This document shows positions 51,301-64,000 of a stretch of 64,000 nt of DNA, piece after piece; the first letter of the stretch is position 1; each line of letters opens with the position of its first letter. Under the pieces are notes generated by a model, which was not told the DNA's origin, did not search any database, and was given only the letters and a program-made list of their open reading frames with translations. The position numbers and the translations under genes were made by a program. This stretch comes from Botryllus schlosseri. Its lineage: Eukaryota. The DNA is taken from the NCBI GenBank assembly GCA_051294905.1, contig CM119371.1, positions 17,362,001 through 17,426,000 of the forward strand. Reading direction: 5' to 3'.

Positions 51301-54300
51301 AAAATGAAATTGGTTTCCTGCGGCAAACATGGGTTTCTTACCCATGCATAGTTTTTGGTGTGTTGGAAATTAAGCGTTTATATTTGTATTCAAACATTTG
51401 AGATGCCGAACAACTAATGGCGCGAGTTCCTTGTTATTCGTTTTTGAGAAATGGGAGAACATGCTACAAATTCCTGCTTCTGCTCGTACTGACCACACTT
51501 TAAATTTCTCTTATAATCTCTATTTTGTCCGTTGAAGATAAAAGATTTCATTCTTGCTTGCATACTGGAGTTTGTCTTATAGGTGGTCAAAGATATCTAC
51601 CAAATATGCTAATATCTCTGTACAATTGTACATGTCCCAGATACGTCTACGAATGGTATCATTTGGCATGAAAATCGTTTTCAATTCATCTGAAGCTTTG
51701 GTCGCAAACAATTTTTTACAATTCCAGTGCAAGTCGGAAAAATAACTCTCTCCGCTTCCGTGCGTGGCTTTGGATTATCAGTTGGTAGCCTACCTTCACC
51801 ACCACAAAACTGGTCTGTTGCATTCAAGTTGAAACTTCAAACGTTTTGGTAAACAACTTAGATATTAACCGTCATTTCCAAGGGAAGTAGTTCTCAAACT
51901 GTTTCAGACACGCCCCCTTATCGTCATATGACAACATGCAACCAGAAAGCTGGTAATGCCAATGAATAGCTAGTTTGATGGCATTGAAGGTTATGACTGT
52001 TGATCAGAGAATTTACCAATATGAAATTCGGACTATACACAGAGCAAGAACGAGACACCGTAGGACAGTGGTCGGGAACCTATGGCTCGCGAGCCATATG
52101 TGATTCTTTTGGGTATAAGATATGGCTCTTTGACATATTTTTAATTTTGTTCATAATTCTATCGATATTGCAGCAACTTCTTAGTAAATTTTCTTAACGG
52201 CCAGAATAATTATTCTCGTGGCAGCATAAATATGTATTCGAGATGTCAAGACAGTGGCGTGTCCAGCGTTAAGGGCTCGGAGCCCTTTTCAGAATCCTCA
52301 AATTTAAGTTGCTGTAACGCCAGCGGCCAATATCCCTCGTGAATGCGATGTACCCGGCATCGCGCGCAGCGTGATCTTGGATTGCACCGTGCTTTGGTTG
52401 TTCAAAGTGTTTAGCAGACATGGGGACGCCAACACGGCAATCTAGTTTTCTGAAACACTTTGTCTTCCTGATCTGAGCCAAAAACTGCCTTGGAAGTGAC
52501 ATTCCAATTACAAATCCAAATTACAAACAACGTTAAAATGTAGGCGTGTATAGTGCAACGTTTTTGTGACCGCCGAATTGAGAAGTCGAATAATATATGG
52601 ATTTTCGGGATCAGCGCTACAGTCATATTAGATTAATTTCAATTATTATAAATTCTGAGCTATCTACGATGAATTGCGCTATCACAGAATGATTAGTAGC
52701 CTACCTGTTTCTACAGAGAAAATATGGCACTCATGACTATTCCTATTTTGTGACTTCAAATTTGTACTACCACGACGTCACGAATTTTCAATTGCGACGT
52801 GACACTTGATTGACATGTATTGCCCTTTGGGAGTTCAAGTCGAAAATACAGGGCTAACATGGCTCTTCAGACGAAAAAGGTTCCCGACCACTGCCGTAGG
52901 TGAATGGCGCGGAGTGCGAAATATTTTAACCGACGCCACAATCATTTAAAGTCTTTGAACCGTCCGTATAAACGTGCAATCTATTCCGGTAGTTAGCGTA
53001 TATATATTCTTCGTCAGTTTGTTTAATGATCTCCGGGTGATCTGATTTCTTGATCTCTCGTGAAAGGCCTATGTCTATTGTACATCCGTGATTTTCCCAA
53101 GGGGCGATGGCCAATAGCGCTATTTACTCAAAGTGGAGATCTACGACTCCGTTTCTGGTAAGTATATCAAGTGTAATAAAGTTCGTAGAATCTGGGAAGA
53201 TTTCTTGGCCGGCTTCTTCGACCAGGGCTGCCAAGGGTTTTCATTTTGCGACAGTATTGATGCGCGGAAATTCACGCATGCCTGGTAATGTCGTAACTGT
53301 ATTAGAGCTTCGCAGCACATGTGCTGAAGCGCGTATACGGGTGTCGTAGCCATAGCTCCCGCGCATATCCTGACGGGTTTATTTTGTATCTTCTGGATAG
53401 TCTGCGCCAGAGACTTCATGGACATAAAATATGTTTCGACACTATACTCGATAACAGGACGTATTTGAGCTCTGTACAGTGAAAGTAGACCTGTCGTTGA
53501 GGCACCCCACGTCGTTCTCGAGATACGTTTAGTCGTTTTGCGCGACGTGCTAATACCAAACGCGAATGCGTGTTGTAACTGAGTCGAGAGTCAAATGTAA
53601 TACCTAAATATTTATGTTTCTTTTGTACTGAGAGACACGCGTTATCGATTGTTAGACACACTTCCGGCACCTTACGCCGTCTGGTAAAGATGATAGCCGC
53701 CGATTTGTTAACATTCCCCCTCAGGCCCCATTTTCGGCACCATACAGATATTTCAGTTAACGAGGATTGTAGCGTGTTCAGAATATTAGGAATCTGTAGT
53801 CCAGACTCCCGTGGGCAAGACCCTGCAGAGCTATCAATTTTTTTACCTTCCCGTCTATTCACGGACGATATGGCGATACCACTTAAGCTAATATAGCTAT
53901 ACGATTCAACATACAACTTGCAGGGAAAATTACCAACGGGTGGCACAAAAATCTAAGGCGGTCGATAGGATAGACCTCTCTGCCTTAGACTGTCATATTA
54001 CATGATATCAAGGTTATCGCCTTTTACTTGAAAAATAACCATTGAACTTTTATAAACACACAGTTTGAATATCAATCAAAGCTTTCTCAGCAAAACTTGA
54101 CCTCGAGAGACTGTATACACAATATGTTTCAGTTTACGCGGGCTTTGCCCAAAGCCAAGTCATACTTTCACGTTGGGCTTAAATTGCTTAACGTCTAGCT
54201 TGCAAGCCAACTGTTGCATCATCGATAATACGTACACATGCATGTAATCACATTGAGATGCAGTGACCCATCATGTACCTCTTTATCACACAAATCAAAA

Positions 54301-57300
54301 AGAATAGAACCATACTAGGAATATGGATTACCATTGTGTTTTTGAATCGCTGCTTTCTGTATCTCGGAATAATTGATAAAAGTTGCAGTAAGAATAAGCA
54401 TGAAAAATTAAAAAAGCTGCAAAATGTTGCATTATAAAATTCGTACGAACAGCTTATAACATGATGTCATATAAATTCTGAATATTTAGGAAGCTGCCGC
54501 AAGCGGTGTAAAAAGTTGTAAAAGCTACAAAAACTTGCCCTAGTGATCAATGTACTAGTCGCGTATCTTTCAATTTTCAACTTCCACTTGAGTACCAACG
54601 AGGACTACTTTAACCCCTTCCACCCCAGTACTATCATAATATTTTGGTACTAACTCACGCCAAACTTTGTAGTTTTAAAATTCCAATTCCATGCAATAGG
54701 AAGTAAGTAATCTCTGTATTAAAAGGAATTATCGCTAATGCTGTCTTGAACTCCCGTAAATACGAAAAATATTAATCAGGTATCAGCAGTACTGAAAAAG
54801 AAGTTGAACCTAATACGTTCCATTACCTCGTACATTTTGTGTCTAGATAAGTGTGCACTTGAATGGAATGGTATCTGCTTCTTTGCCCTGTTCTATCATG
54901 CGGGCAAGGTAAATCAAGAAGCTGCAAGATTAGGCTGCAAAAAACGAGGTGCTGAGCTTGGCAACATTTATTCGGAGGATCAATACGATGATATCATGCG
55001 TTATTTGAGACCGTACATCGCTGCCAGAGGGGATGGAGCATCCAATTTCGGAATAAGAACTGGTATGACTTTTGAGCCAAAGGTATGAAATAACGCAATG
55101 TTTTAAACGGTGTTTTAAACTAAAACCTTTTAAAACAAAATTGTTTTTTTTCAGCTGTAAAATTATGCCATAATCGAGTAAATAGTTTCCAAAAAACATG
55201 TTTTATGAGCCTACGGAAAATTACTACCCGATATAGCCGACGTATGTCGATATGGGATGGTTGGAACCCTCATAATAGTCGGTTCAACACCCATAATAGC
55301 CTATACAGATATTTCGTCAAAAGAGCTATATTTACCCTATATTTTCAATTGTTAATGTCAATCCACTATGACGTCACAATTGAACATTCGTGACGTCCTG
55401 GCTTAAAAAAATGTTTTAAATTAGGACCTTGTTTTGAACATTTTTGTTTTAAATGCAACCCTAGATATATGCCTATGACTGTATGCAAGCATGTGCGCTG
55501 TGCATTTTGTATTGGAGTGCTCCAGTGTCCACCACAATGAAGCGTTAAATGGAATATAAGCCCCGACTAAGGCCTAAAACGACTGTTATGTTCTCTCGCT
55601 TTGTTCGAACATATGTTATATGAAATTAGTTGTATTGGGCTTTCGATATGTTTCTAACCAGGGTTGTAACAGCCGCAACCCATTGCTCTCCACTGGGAAG
55701 GACCAAGCCCAAAAGGGTCTCCCATCTAGTACGTAAATCAATATGACATCGAGTATTTCGGAATATACTTGTTAACTTTCTGATGTTTTCATCGAAGAAA
55801 TGTCAGGTGAAGTTATGTTTATCGCAAGATTACCGTACGACTCCCCACGGAGCCTTACACTTTTTTTGCTGTGGTATAAAATATGCACTCTCAAGCGGCA
55901 AGTAGCAATTGGGATGCTCCAGTGCAGGGTTCCCCATCGACATGGCGGAAAAAATAAGGTAATCCGAAGAAAACACGAAACTAGTAAACTGATTACTGAA
56001 CGGAGTCGACTATTTTGTCCAACAGTTCACATCACGGCCTCGTGGCCCACACAATTAAAGTCGAACATGCCGCAAATGAGGACATGGGTCAAATTAGGGA
56101 TTATATGAGAAATAGGAAATGTGCAGCTTTATCAGACATCGCCTAACAAAATATGGACAAATCTGAAAAATAATGACTGTGTATGTGAGCCCCGTCTATA
56201 TGCCCATATTATTATATGCCTATACAGATATTAGTAATAGAGAGAACGAGACAACACTTTGTCCTGCTCATCCTGATATAGGCCCACCATAAGGTGTTCG
56301 ACATAACTTTTGGCGGGATTTCACCCCACACCTCCATTCCGACTACGAATATTTCCGACTCCGACTATTTCATTACAGGTCTTTATACCACCATTCACAG
56401 CACACGCGGACAAATACTATGAAAATTATTTATTGACCGTCGCACATGACCGGAAACGGTGATAGAGCCCACTCAAAACTCACTATTAATAATAATAATG
56501 ATGATGATAATAACAGACGGTCAAAAAGTAAGGCACTACACCAGTGGTTCCCAACCTGTGGTACGCGAAGGTCTTCCAGGTGGTACGCGAGCAGATTCTG
56601 TTTTTTTTTCGATCAAAGGGAGTTATTAGCTCAGGTGAGGTTGATTTTGAGTTTTTTGAAGACGTCGTCTCTCACTATTCCCCATAGCTGCTAATTTTCC
56701 CTTATACGTGGGAATGCGAGCAAGGATTTTCATCCCTGTTGATTATCAAGTCGAAGAAACGAAACCGACTTGTTGCGCCCATACATGACTTTCGATGCAC
56801 TGTAAGCAAACGTATGCCACGCATTGACAAGCTAGTTGAAAATGAACAAATGCAGCCATCGCATTAAATAAATTGACTTTTGTTGTGCGTTGTTATTTCA
56901 TTACGCTGTTCTTCTTGTGACTGGTGGTGAAAAAAACAATTCCATACATCCCATCAACCCTGGCTGATAATGCATAGTTCAGGGGTGTCAAACTCAAATT
57001 GCATCGCGGGCCGGATCGAAGTCATGAAATCGCTCGCGGGCCGGACCAGTCAACGGAATCGTAAATGTTGCCTCGTGCCATTGCTTTTCGCTGGAATACT
57101 TTATTATCAAGCATATATAGATAATACACGGATCGTATAAGGGGTTTCATTTAGCGAGTCGCAACAACATTATTTGCGAGCAATGCGAAAATATGATGTT
57201 TGTCCGGTTGAATTCAGTTAAGAGCCGCTAAAACAATGGCATTGCCGGCGATACAAGTAGACATATTTTCGTGTTCCCTTTGCTTCAGTCCAGGGGTGGC

Positions 57301-60300
57301 CAACCTGCGGCCGTAAGAGGGAATTTTTGTGGGCGTAGGCACGCAATTCAATTAGTATGTGTTAGCGGCCGCCGACATGAAATTTGAATTTAGGAATTGA
57401 CTCCAAATTTCTTGTAAGATTTTCATTAATTTTGAAATTTTCTTCGCGTTGCGCGTGATTCAATGCGATGACATTTTTCAATTTTACTATAGTAGCACCC
57501 TTTGCAATCACAGCCCCACAATACAGCAGTGTTGGGATGACTCGAGTCATGACTTGACTCGAGTCAGACTCGAGTCGCTTTTCCGTATGACTTGACTTGA
57601 CTCGAGTCACTTTGCTAAATTGACTTGACTTGACTTGACTCGACGTATCAGAAATGTGGATTGACTCGTGACTCGGAGCAAAATTCACGAGTCAATTTCA
57701 AGTCATCAAGTAATCGGTGTCGATAAATATCACTGTATCTTCCATATGTTCGGATTGTTCGCGAAACGCCTCCATTGTTCTCTCACAAATAAATTGACCG
57801 CAAACAAAGTGATAAAAGCTTATAGCTTACGTTGTCGTAAACTAATAGTAAAGAAATTTAATAGCAAAATGTATCTTTCTGTTCTCTGTTCCTACATTAA
57901 CGAAACCTCTTATTTTATTTAAATAGAATCTGAATTTAGTTTATATAGTCCTCGACCATTGGCGTAGGCTCGAATTGTATCATATCAATTTGTAAAGGGG
58001 TATGTATTGCGTCTTATCCATTCGTTTCTGTATTCTCTATTTTGCCTGGTAACTATAAACTGAGGCTATGCAATTAATTACGTAGTTTAACAGTTCTACG
58101 AATATGTGAGCGATACAGCCCCTTTTTGCGTATATAGTCAAGTTTATATCCGTTCATCGGTTCAGAATCAATGACCACTCAATATGTATTTCAGTCATCT
58201 AGCAAAATTCAATGATGTAATCATGCCTCATACTCCGAAAAGGCAACTTGACTTGAATTGAGACTTGACTCGTGACTTGACTTGACTTGACTCGACTTGA
58301 CTCGAGTCACCTCCAAAAATCGAGTGACTTGACTTGACTCGAGTCACCTTCGAAAATCGATTGACTTGACTTGACTCGAGTCAAAATGTGCAATGACTCA
58401 AATTGATTCGTGACTCGAAGGTAGTTACTTGATCCCAACACTGCAATACAGATGCGAACATCAGTGGGAAATGATGCACCTCACATGGAGATATCAGCGC
58501 GAAATCGTGTGCTGCTCACTATGCTAACAATCCTGATTGGAGGTCAGGAAATAACAGCATGCTATAAAGTGACTAATACCAATTGGCCCACCCGAAGATG
58601 CATCATAATTTATGACTTGCAATAAATTTTCGAAAACACCCCTACATCAACTCTATACCAGTGAATCTGATCACTCGGGATGAGAAAGGATAAATGTTTG
58701 AGGTTAATATGTAAAACTACTAATATTAATAACGAAATTCATTGGTGAATCTGATTTTTTTTTCGCGACTCGCGCGACTATGATGACTTCCTTCCTTAAC
58801 ATTAGCAGTGACCACTCGCGATTCTGTGCGCATAGTAAGCCTATCATTAAATAGATTAGTCCGAATTTCACCGGAAATGGACATAGACACGTTAACCTGG
58901 GTATTTGGCGTCCACCAGCTCGTTTATTTCGACTATGCCCTGGAATGCGGCCGTAGGCTACACGAGTAGTCGAAATGCGGCCGTGAATGGCAAAAAGGTT
59001 GACCACCCTTGCTTTAGTCATAATCTGGCGTTAGCCCTGCATATGCGTTGTGATGAATACAAGATATTCAACTGTCAACGCGGACGTTGTAATTTGGTTT
59101 ATTACTGTGGATGTGATTGATGATATAATCTTTTTTCAATGTACTCAGAATTGCTATGCGGGCTGGATAAAATCGTCTGACGGGCCGGATCCGGCCCACG
59201 GGCCGTATATTTGACATCCCTTGCTTAGTTCATTAAAATTTGTTAATACACCTCGCATAAGTCAAATACGTGAGTATGACGTCATAAATTGTGGAAATGC
59301 GCGTAACTTATATAGGTGGTACGCGAGCACTGCATAAAACCTCAAAATGGTACGTGGGTGGAAAAAGGTTGGGAACCACTGCACTACACGATCCCAGAAC
59401 GAATCGGAATTGACGGTGGACGCAATTCTTACATAGATATATATTTACATTTTTTTTCATCGGCATACTGCGCAATATTGCTCTAGTTACGCGCGAAATT
59501 ATTTCAAAGTTAATAAATGAACTTCGTCAATAATACCGGTACTTGCATTATTTGTGCCATTCTCCTAGTTCATGTCATCATATTTGCGGGTAGATTTGTT
59601 GGACGTGGTGAATTTAAAATTTAGGACAAAGAATTGCACACCCCTACGTGCTAAGCCAGGGGTGTCCAACCTTTTGGCTATTCACGACCGCATTTCGATT
59701 ATTTTTATAGCAGAGGCCCCATTACAGCTTAAAGTGGTACTGAAAATTCTAGACGCCAATATCCATGTTAATTTGGCTGCTGGGGGACTGCGCATCGCCA
59801 ACAGCCCATATTCGTCGGGTAATAAAACTTACTAATTCAAATTGTTAACGGCATAACTGGTAAACTGAACTAAATTGTAAACATCTAATCGAAACACCAT
59901 AAAGAATGAAGCAACAACGTAAAGCCACTCTCTTGTTATTGCAAATATAATGAGACTCATTCCGTGCATTATGCTAATTTATTTCTGAGTGAACCATACG
60001 AAAACTAAGAAATTAAGTGCCACTGAATTCGCCAAGAATGAATAAAAAATTTAGGTTTAGTCAATCAGCCAAAAATTAAATATGCATTATGTATAATTTT
60101 GGGTCCACTTCGAGCTGCTAACCTCGCCAAACAACAAAGTGTAGATATATATATTGGGCTGATTTAATGCAGCTGGTAAGGAGAGCTGAGGTGTGGCAGT
60201 CACGGTCCGGACTAATAGTCAGTTGTTGACGTATTGTTTATGTGGATATATTATCAGACGCTATAACACATTCACGATTTTTCTGTCGCAGACATTTATA

Positions 60301-60804
60301 ATCCAACCTCCTACTTGTTGTTGTTGTTTGTGGCATTCATGGTGTTTGTCGACTACTATGCACCAGGCCAATATTCCTTATTTTTAATTCCGTATTTACC
60401 GACTTGTAGCACGGCCAACTTCTGTAGGCTTTTTGTAAGACATCGCTTACTCGGATGAGATGGCGAGAAGGAGCCTAGATTCTCCAACACTTAGGGTGGA
60501 ATTTTAGAGTCGACGTCGGTCGGACTCAAACCCACAACCCATTGATGTTTTAGCTGTGGATTATACCACTACGCTATCTCGCCAAAATATGGTCAATTCT
60601 ATTGTTTTACAGTCTCATATCGTGTACCTGTCAGATGGTACGGAGGCGCCATTCGTGCATTGGCGTTCGAGTGATCCTAAAGATAAATCCGCCTGGAAAA
60701 CTGTGGGCCTCGACGTGCGTCAGAAAGGATCCACCTATAATGGGATGTATAACCTTCCATCTGAGGGCGGAGCTGCAGCAATTCTATGCCAAATACAAAT
60801 TTGA
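42337..60804 (+). CDS. Secreted C-type lectin-like gene 4 (exons 42337-42517, 54847-55082, 60613-60804)
   Basis: Same exon sizes and phases as gene 2; canonical GT/AG; open frame to TGA. Confidence 0.85.
43690..44469 (-). mobile_element. Decayed RNase H LINE remnant in intron 1 of gene 4; continues at about 52926-53790
   Basis: LRLQTGHC.LN.HL.RIG...C..C...ETV.H; second part has YTDGSK and KYLG; shared with the gene 2 intron. Confidence 0.75.
44712..45783 (+). pseudogene. gag: Gypsy gag-protease, frameshifted near 45140
   Basis: Zinc knuckles CTFCGRRHKRGC and CYRCGKTGHYIERC; protease motif IIDSGAEVS. Confidence 0.85.
45835..50396 (+). pseudogene. pol: Gypsy pol (RT, RNase H, integrase) with premature stops and a 1.6-kb insertion
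   Basis: RLCVDL, LPFGI, HMDD, DSSSYGLG, YAQIEKE, ADALSR, H..H..C..C, TDN and E motifs; stops at 47167-47169 and 50124-50126. Confidence 0.92.
47346..48983. mobile_element. Fully palindromic (foldback) hAT-type element, 1638 bp
   Basis: TAGGATTGTCCA / TGGACAACCCTA ends; 8-bp TSD ATGTACAC; removal restores pol HTPGKSMYT-ADALSR. Confidence 0.92.
52066..52893. mobile_element. hAT MITE
   Basis: TIR CAGTGGTCGGGAACCT / AGGTTCCCGACCACTG; TSD CCGTAGGA/CCGTAGGT; sits in a remnant related to the 33598 element. Confidence 0.88.
57291..59011. mobile_element. hAT MITE, nesting level 3
   Basis: CAGGGGTGGCCAACCT / AGGTTGACCACCCTTG; TSD CTTCAGTC/CTTTAGTC. Confidence 0.82.
57527..58443. mobile_element. hAT MITE with GACTTGACTC subterminal repeats, nesting level 4
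   Basis: CAGTGTTGGGAT / ATCCCAACACTG; perfect TSD CAATACAG. Confidence 0.92.
60330..60583 (-). mobile_element. tRNA-derived SINE copy ending 30 bp before exon 3 of gene 4
   Basis: Homologous to 29635-29893; (AAC)n tail near 60315-60330. Confidence 0.7.
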
Positions 60805-62649
60805 AATACACGATGTTTTTCGTACTAAATTTATTGAAATCCATTTTTCGCATTTAATTTCACATGTATTTCAAATGAAACCGACGTTAATATAACTGCG
60901 CTCTGTTTACCGATGTACGGGGAAAAGATATCGAGGAGGTGCCTAACCATATCACTATTCATAGTTGCCCAGTTAGTGTTTTGAAGTACAGGAAGAATCG
61001 GGACCCACAGAAATCAGGCCTGCATTGGAATTTTTCGAGCAGGGACAATAATGGAGTTGTTGTGACGTTTTAAAAAAACATCCAAATTTTCAATTTTTTT
61101 TCTTGGCTGGAAATATCAACATAGTACCTATACTCTTACCTCATGGTCATATCTTACCCAAGACATAACTAAAAACTTCATAATTTCGATTTTACTCGGC
61201 TCCTATTTGGTATCTTTTATTACTGGTAATATGTTTATTAACGTTTTTCTCCATTGTAAAATTTTGTTGCACAGCTTGATGATAAATAAACAATTTGTAT
61301 GACATATTATGTCGTATAGTATTCACCCAAGGTTTTTTAAAAAGTTAACATCGAGACCTGTGCTATGCTAAGAGTCGATAGGCCTAGGTCTAGCCTGCTC
61401 TGAAATACTGAATTTCACAGCAAACTTAAAAAAAAATAACCTGGAATTTGAAATTTTAAAATTTAATGATGAAATTTCAACAAGATGGGTTGCACGTATT
61501 CCTTCAAATTTTAGCTCAGCACAGCACTGTCCTAGTAAAAAAAGGGCTTCATAATTTTAAGATTTTGTATTCCCCGTGTCGGTGCATTATTTCTCCTTCA
61601 AATCCACAATCATCAGAGTAGAACAAATTTTGTTGTTTTTTGTATATAGCATAGCGACATCTAGTGACTGTGAAAATTTCATGGTGAAGGAGGTATCCAT
61701 CCGCAAGTTAGGTTTTTGACTTGCTAGTCCCCTTCTAGCATTCGAGATTTTTTTAACGGTCTGTCCACGGCATGTTTGATAAGTACCACTGGAATCAGGC
61801 TTGATTTGGAAAATCAGGATCTGATCAACAGCTCGCTAATCCCCGCTTATATTTGTACTAATTACGGCGTAAGAAGTGACTGCATGAATTCCTCAAATAA
61901 TAGCGGTATTCAAATAAAATGGCCTCCGAATGATTGGCATGTATGAGTCAGATAGGCAGGCCTACTCTAATCGAACCCAAGATGGTGATAATCACGAAAA
62001 TTACCAGTCGCACTGTGCAAGTCAACATTTTAAAGTTTACCGAAATGTTTTTCGCTAGTTATGTTCTCGGTACAGTTTTGTTTTGTCGCGGGATCAGTTG
62101 AACCCCAATTTGACAATCGCCCAACACAGAATTTAAAATGTATAGCCATAACCACAAAGCAATGTGTCATCATTTTTGTCCACTGAAAATATATAATGCT
62201 GTTAAAATTCGCACATTGGGCGGTTGGCATTATTATTAGTTGTAAGATTGACGGCGTTCGGTATCTCTGTTATTTGTGATGAGATGAACATATGTCAACT
62301 CCATGCTGCACCACTCAAAAATGAACCGTTAAGTACATTACCAACGTTTAAATGATGTGAAGTATTTGCTTATGACACCACAAAAGGAATGCTACTTACA
62401 AGCTACGTACAGTAGGACTACAGCTGATATGAAGATTGTACGATATTGCACACCCGGTCAACATGTCCCGAAGCATAAACTCGCCTGTTTATTGTGATAG
62501 GTAGGCTATAGTCATTAGTATATTTTAATGCGGATCTGGTACACCCCAGAAGGCTTACACCCCATTGCAGTGGTACACTCTTTTAAAAATTTAAAAAATT
62601 TTGGTACACCCCAGGTTGAAGAGCCCTAGTATAGAACTATAGATTACAC

Positions 62650-64000
62650 TTGATAATCCTAAATTCAGACTCGACCGTCAAAACTATATCTGAAGCATTG
62701 CTATTTGTTGACCTCGCAACAAACTCCCGACAACTTGCGTCAATGACAATGTTATTGTTAATCATGGCATATCTTATTCTCGAAATGTAAAGTGTCAAAG
62801 CACGCAAAGCTACCAGTTACAAAGAGAAGCTTTCGCAGGTGAAACTTTCGGATTCGCAAAAATAGCCTGGTCGGTGGGTAATCGCAGAACTATTAATGAA
62901 AAACTCAAATAATTTCGCCTAAACGGATTGGAATTACATCAAATTTATTCAAATCGTTTTTATTGACAACTCCGCAATTTCATGGGGTTGACAGTAAAAT
63001 TTGAAGAATTATTTTTAAATATTTTTTATAGTAAATTCAAACTTTTCAAACTCCTGTGCGTTCACATCTACCTTGGAATCGAGCTAAATTTGTTGTGCAG
63101 CATTTTTCGGCAACCTATAAGTTTAATCAGTGAAACCCCGGGATCAGGAAAAATAGTTATTTCAGCACAATCCTACTGCAGGGGCATTGTCGGAAATCAC
63201 TTGCATTGTGTGAAGAGAACGACAAGTAACATGGTGTAATAGTACTTTAACATAATTGTAAACTGCCTGCTTTAACAGTCACATGGATGAAGGGCTACAG
63301 GTACTGATTCTATAACCGGTAGAACCTTTCGGATATTGTAAATTTAGGATGATCTTATAGCATCAACTATCTTATAATTCTTGATCTATATTGGGATATA
63401 GGCTAATCCATTAAAACAATTCGTTAGCTCTGCAAAAGAATAGATACATTAGATTTGCATGGATCAGGGGCGGGCGACATACGGCCCGCGAAGGGATTTT
63501 GTCCGACCCGCGGACAGTTTTCCGTCTTACATGATAATGTGGCCCACATTGTCATCGTCATTATTGGCGAGAAATGGCATTGAAGTTACATGGCTGTTGT
63601 TGAAATACATTCATTAAATACGATTTATTCCTTGTATATGAGGATAAATGGACGAATAATGTAACGATTCAGCGATCCGGCCCGCCAAGTACTTAATTTT
63701 CCTATATCCAGCCCGCCGACTGGAGAAGTTGCCTGGCCCTGGCATAGATCCATATAACAACATTACTCGATAAGTATGTCTCTATCAGTGAGGTCTACTT
63801 ATGATAAGAACTGGCATCGCAGCATAGGAGGTAACATTGGGTGTGCTTCGATCTTCAATATACTCTTACACCATTCATTATGCTATACTTCGGTCACCTG
63901 TGATTCGTGTGATAGGTAGCAACGATGCCTACACAGCTGCGTCTACGAAGAGCCAAACCACATCATACTCTCAATTTATTTCATCGTCACCATTTCCAAA
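62650..64000. repeat. Upstream block of a probable fifth lectin unit
   Basis: Colinear with about 8030-9090 and 41060-41880; exon 1 would fall a few hundred bp past the window end. Confidence 0.8.
63465..63741. mobile_element. Small hAT MITE
   Basis: CAGGGGCGGGCGAC / GTTGCCTGGCCCTG; TSD GCATGGAT/GCATAGAT; absent from the paralogous blocks. Confidence 0.85.

Larger units (their letters stand above)
56980..59222. mobile_element. hAT MITE, nesting level 2
   Basis: CAGGGGTGTCAAA / TTTGACATCCCTT; TSD GCATAGTT/GCTTAGTT. Confidence 0.8.
56542..59381 (+). mobile_element. Charlie-type hAT deletion derivative (outermost of a nest)
   Basis: TIR CAGTGGTTCCCAACCT; TSD CACTACAC; transposase C-terminal relic IIKSKKRNRLVAPIHDFRCTVSKRMPRIDKLVENEQMQPSH* at about 56742-56867. 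Confidence 0.9.

Noticed and set aside
61050..61735. Insertion relative to the paralogous site near 39660, possibly a DNA transposon
   Set aside because: No matching TIR pair or TSD could be identified by eye.

Overview
AT-rich eukaryotic (animal) genomic DNA with spliceosomal introns; the gene family resembles those of marine invertebrates such as tunicates, which is inference only. The backbone is a + strand tandem array of small 3-exon genes for secreted C-type-lectin-like proteins: one 5'-partial copy, three complete copies and the upstream block of a probable fifth. Their domains lack the canonical EPN/QPD and WND motifs and the inner disulfide. Introns and spacers hold an RNase H-bearing LINE, an RLE-type non-LTR fragment, a decayed Ty3/Gypsy element, tRNA-like SINEs and many nested hAT MITEs. 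The standout is a 13.6-kb element (11514-25133) in intron 1 of lectin gene 2. It has Polinton/Maverick-type ends (AGTAGT...ACTACT, 6-bp TSD GTCGTA) but consists of two nearly identical 6.3-kb inverted arms around a 982-bp spacer. The spacer carries a 91-aa orphan ORF and a short histone-H4-like stretch. All coordinates were read by hand and no database search was run.
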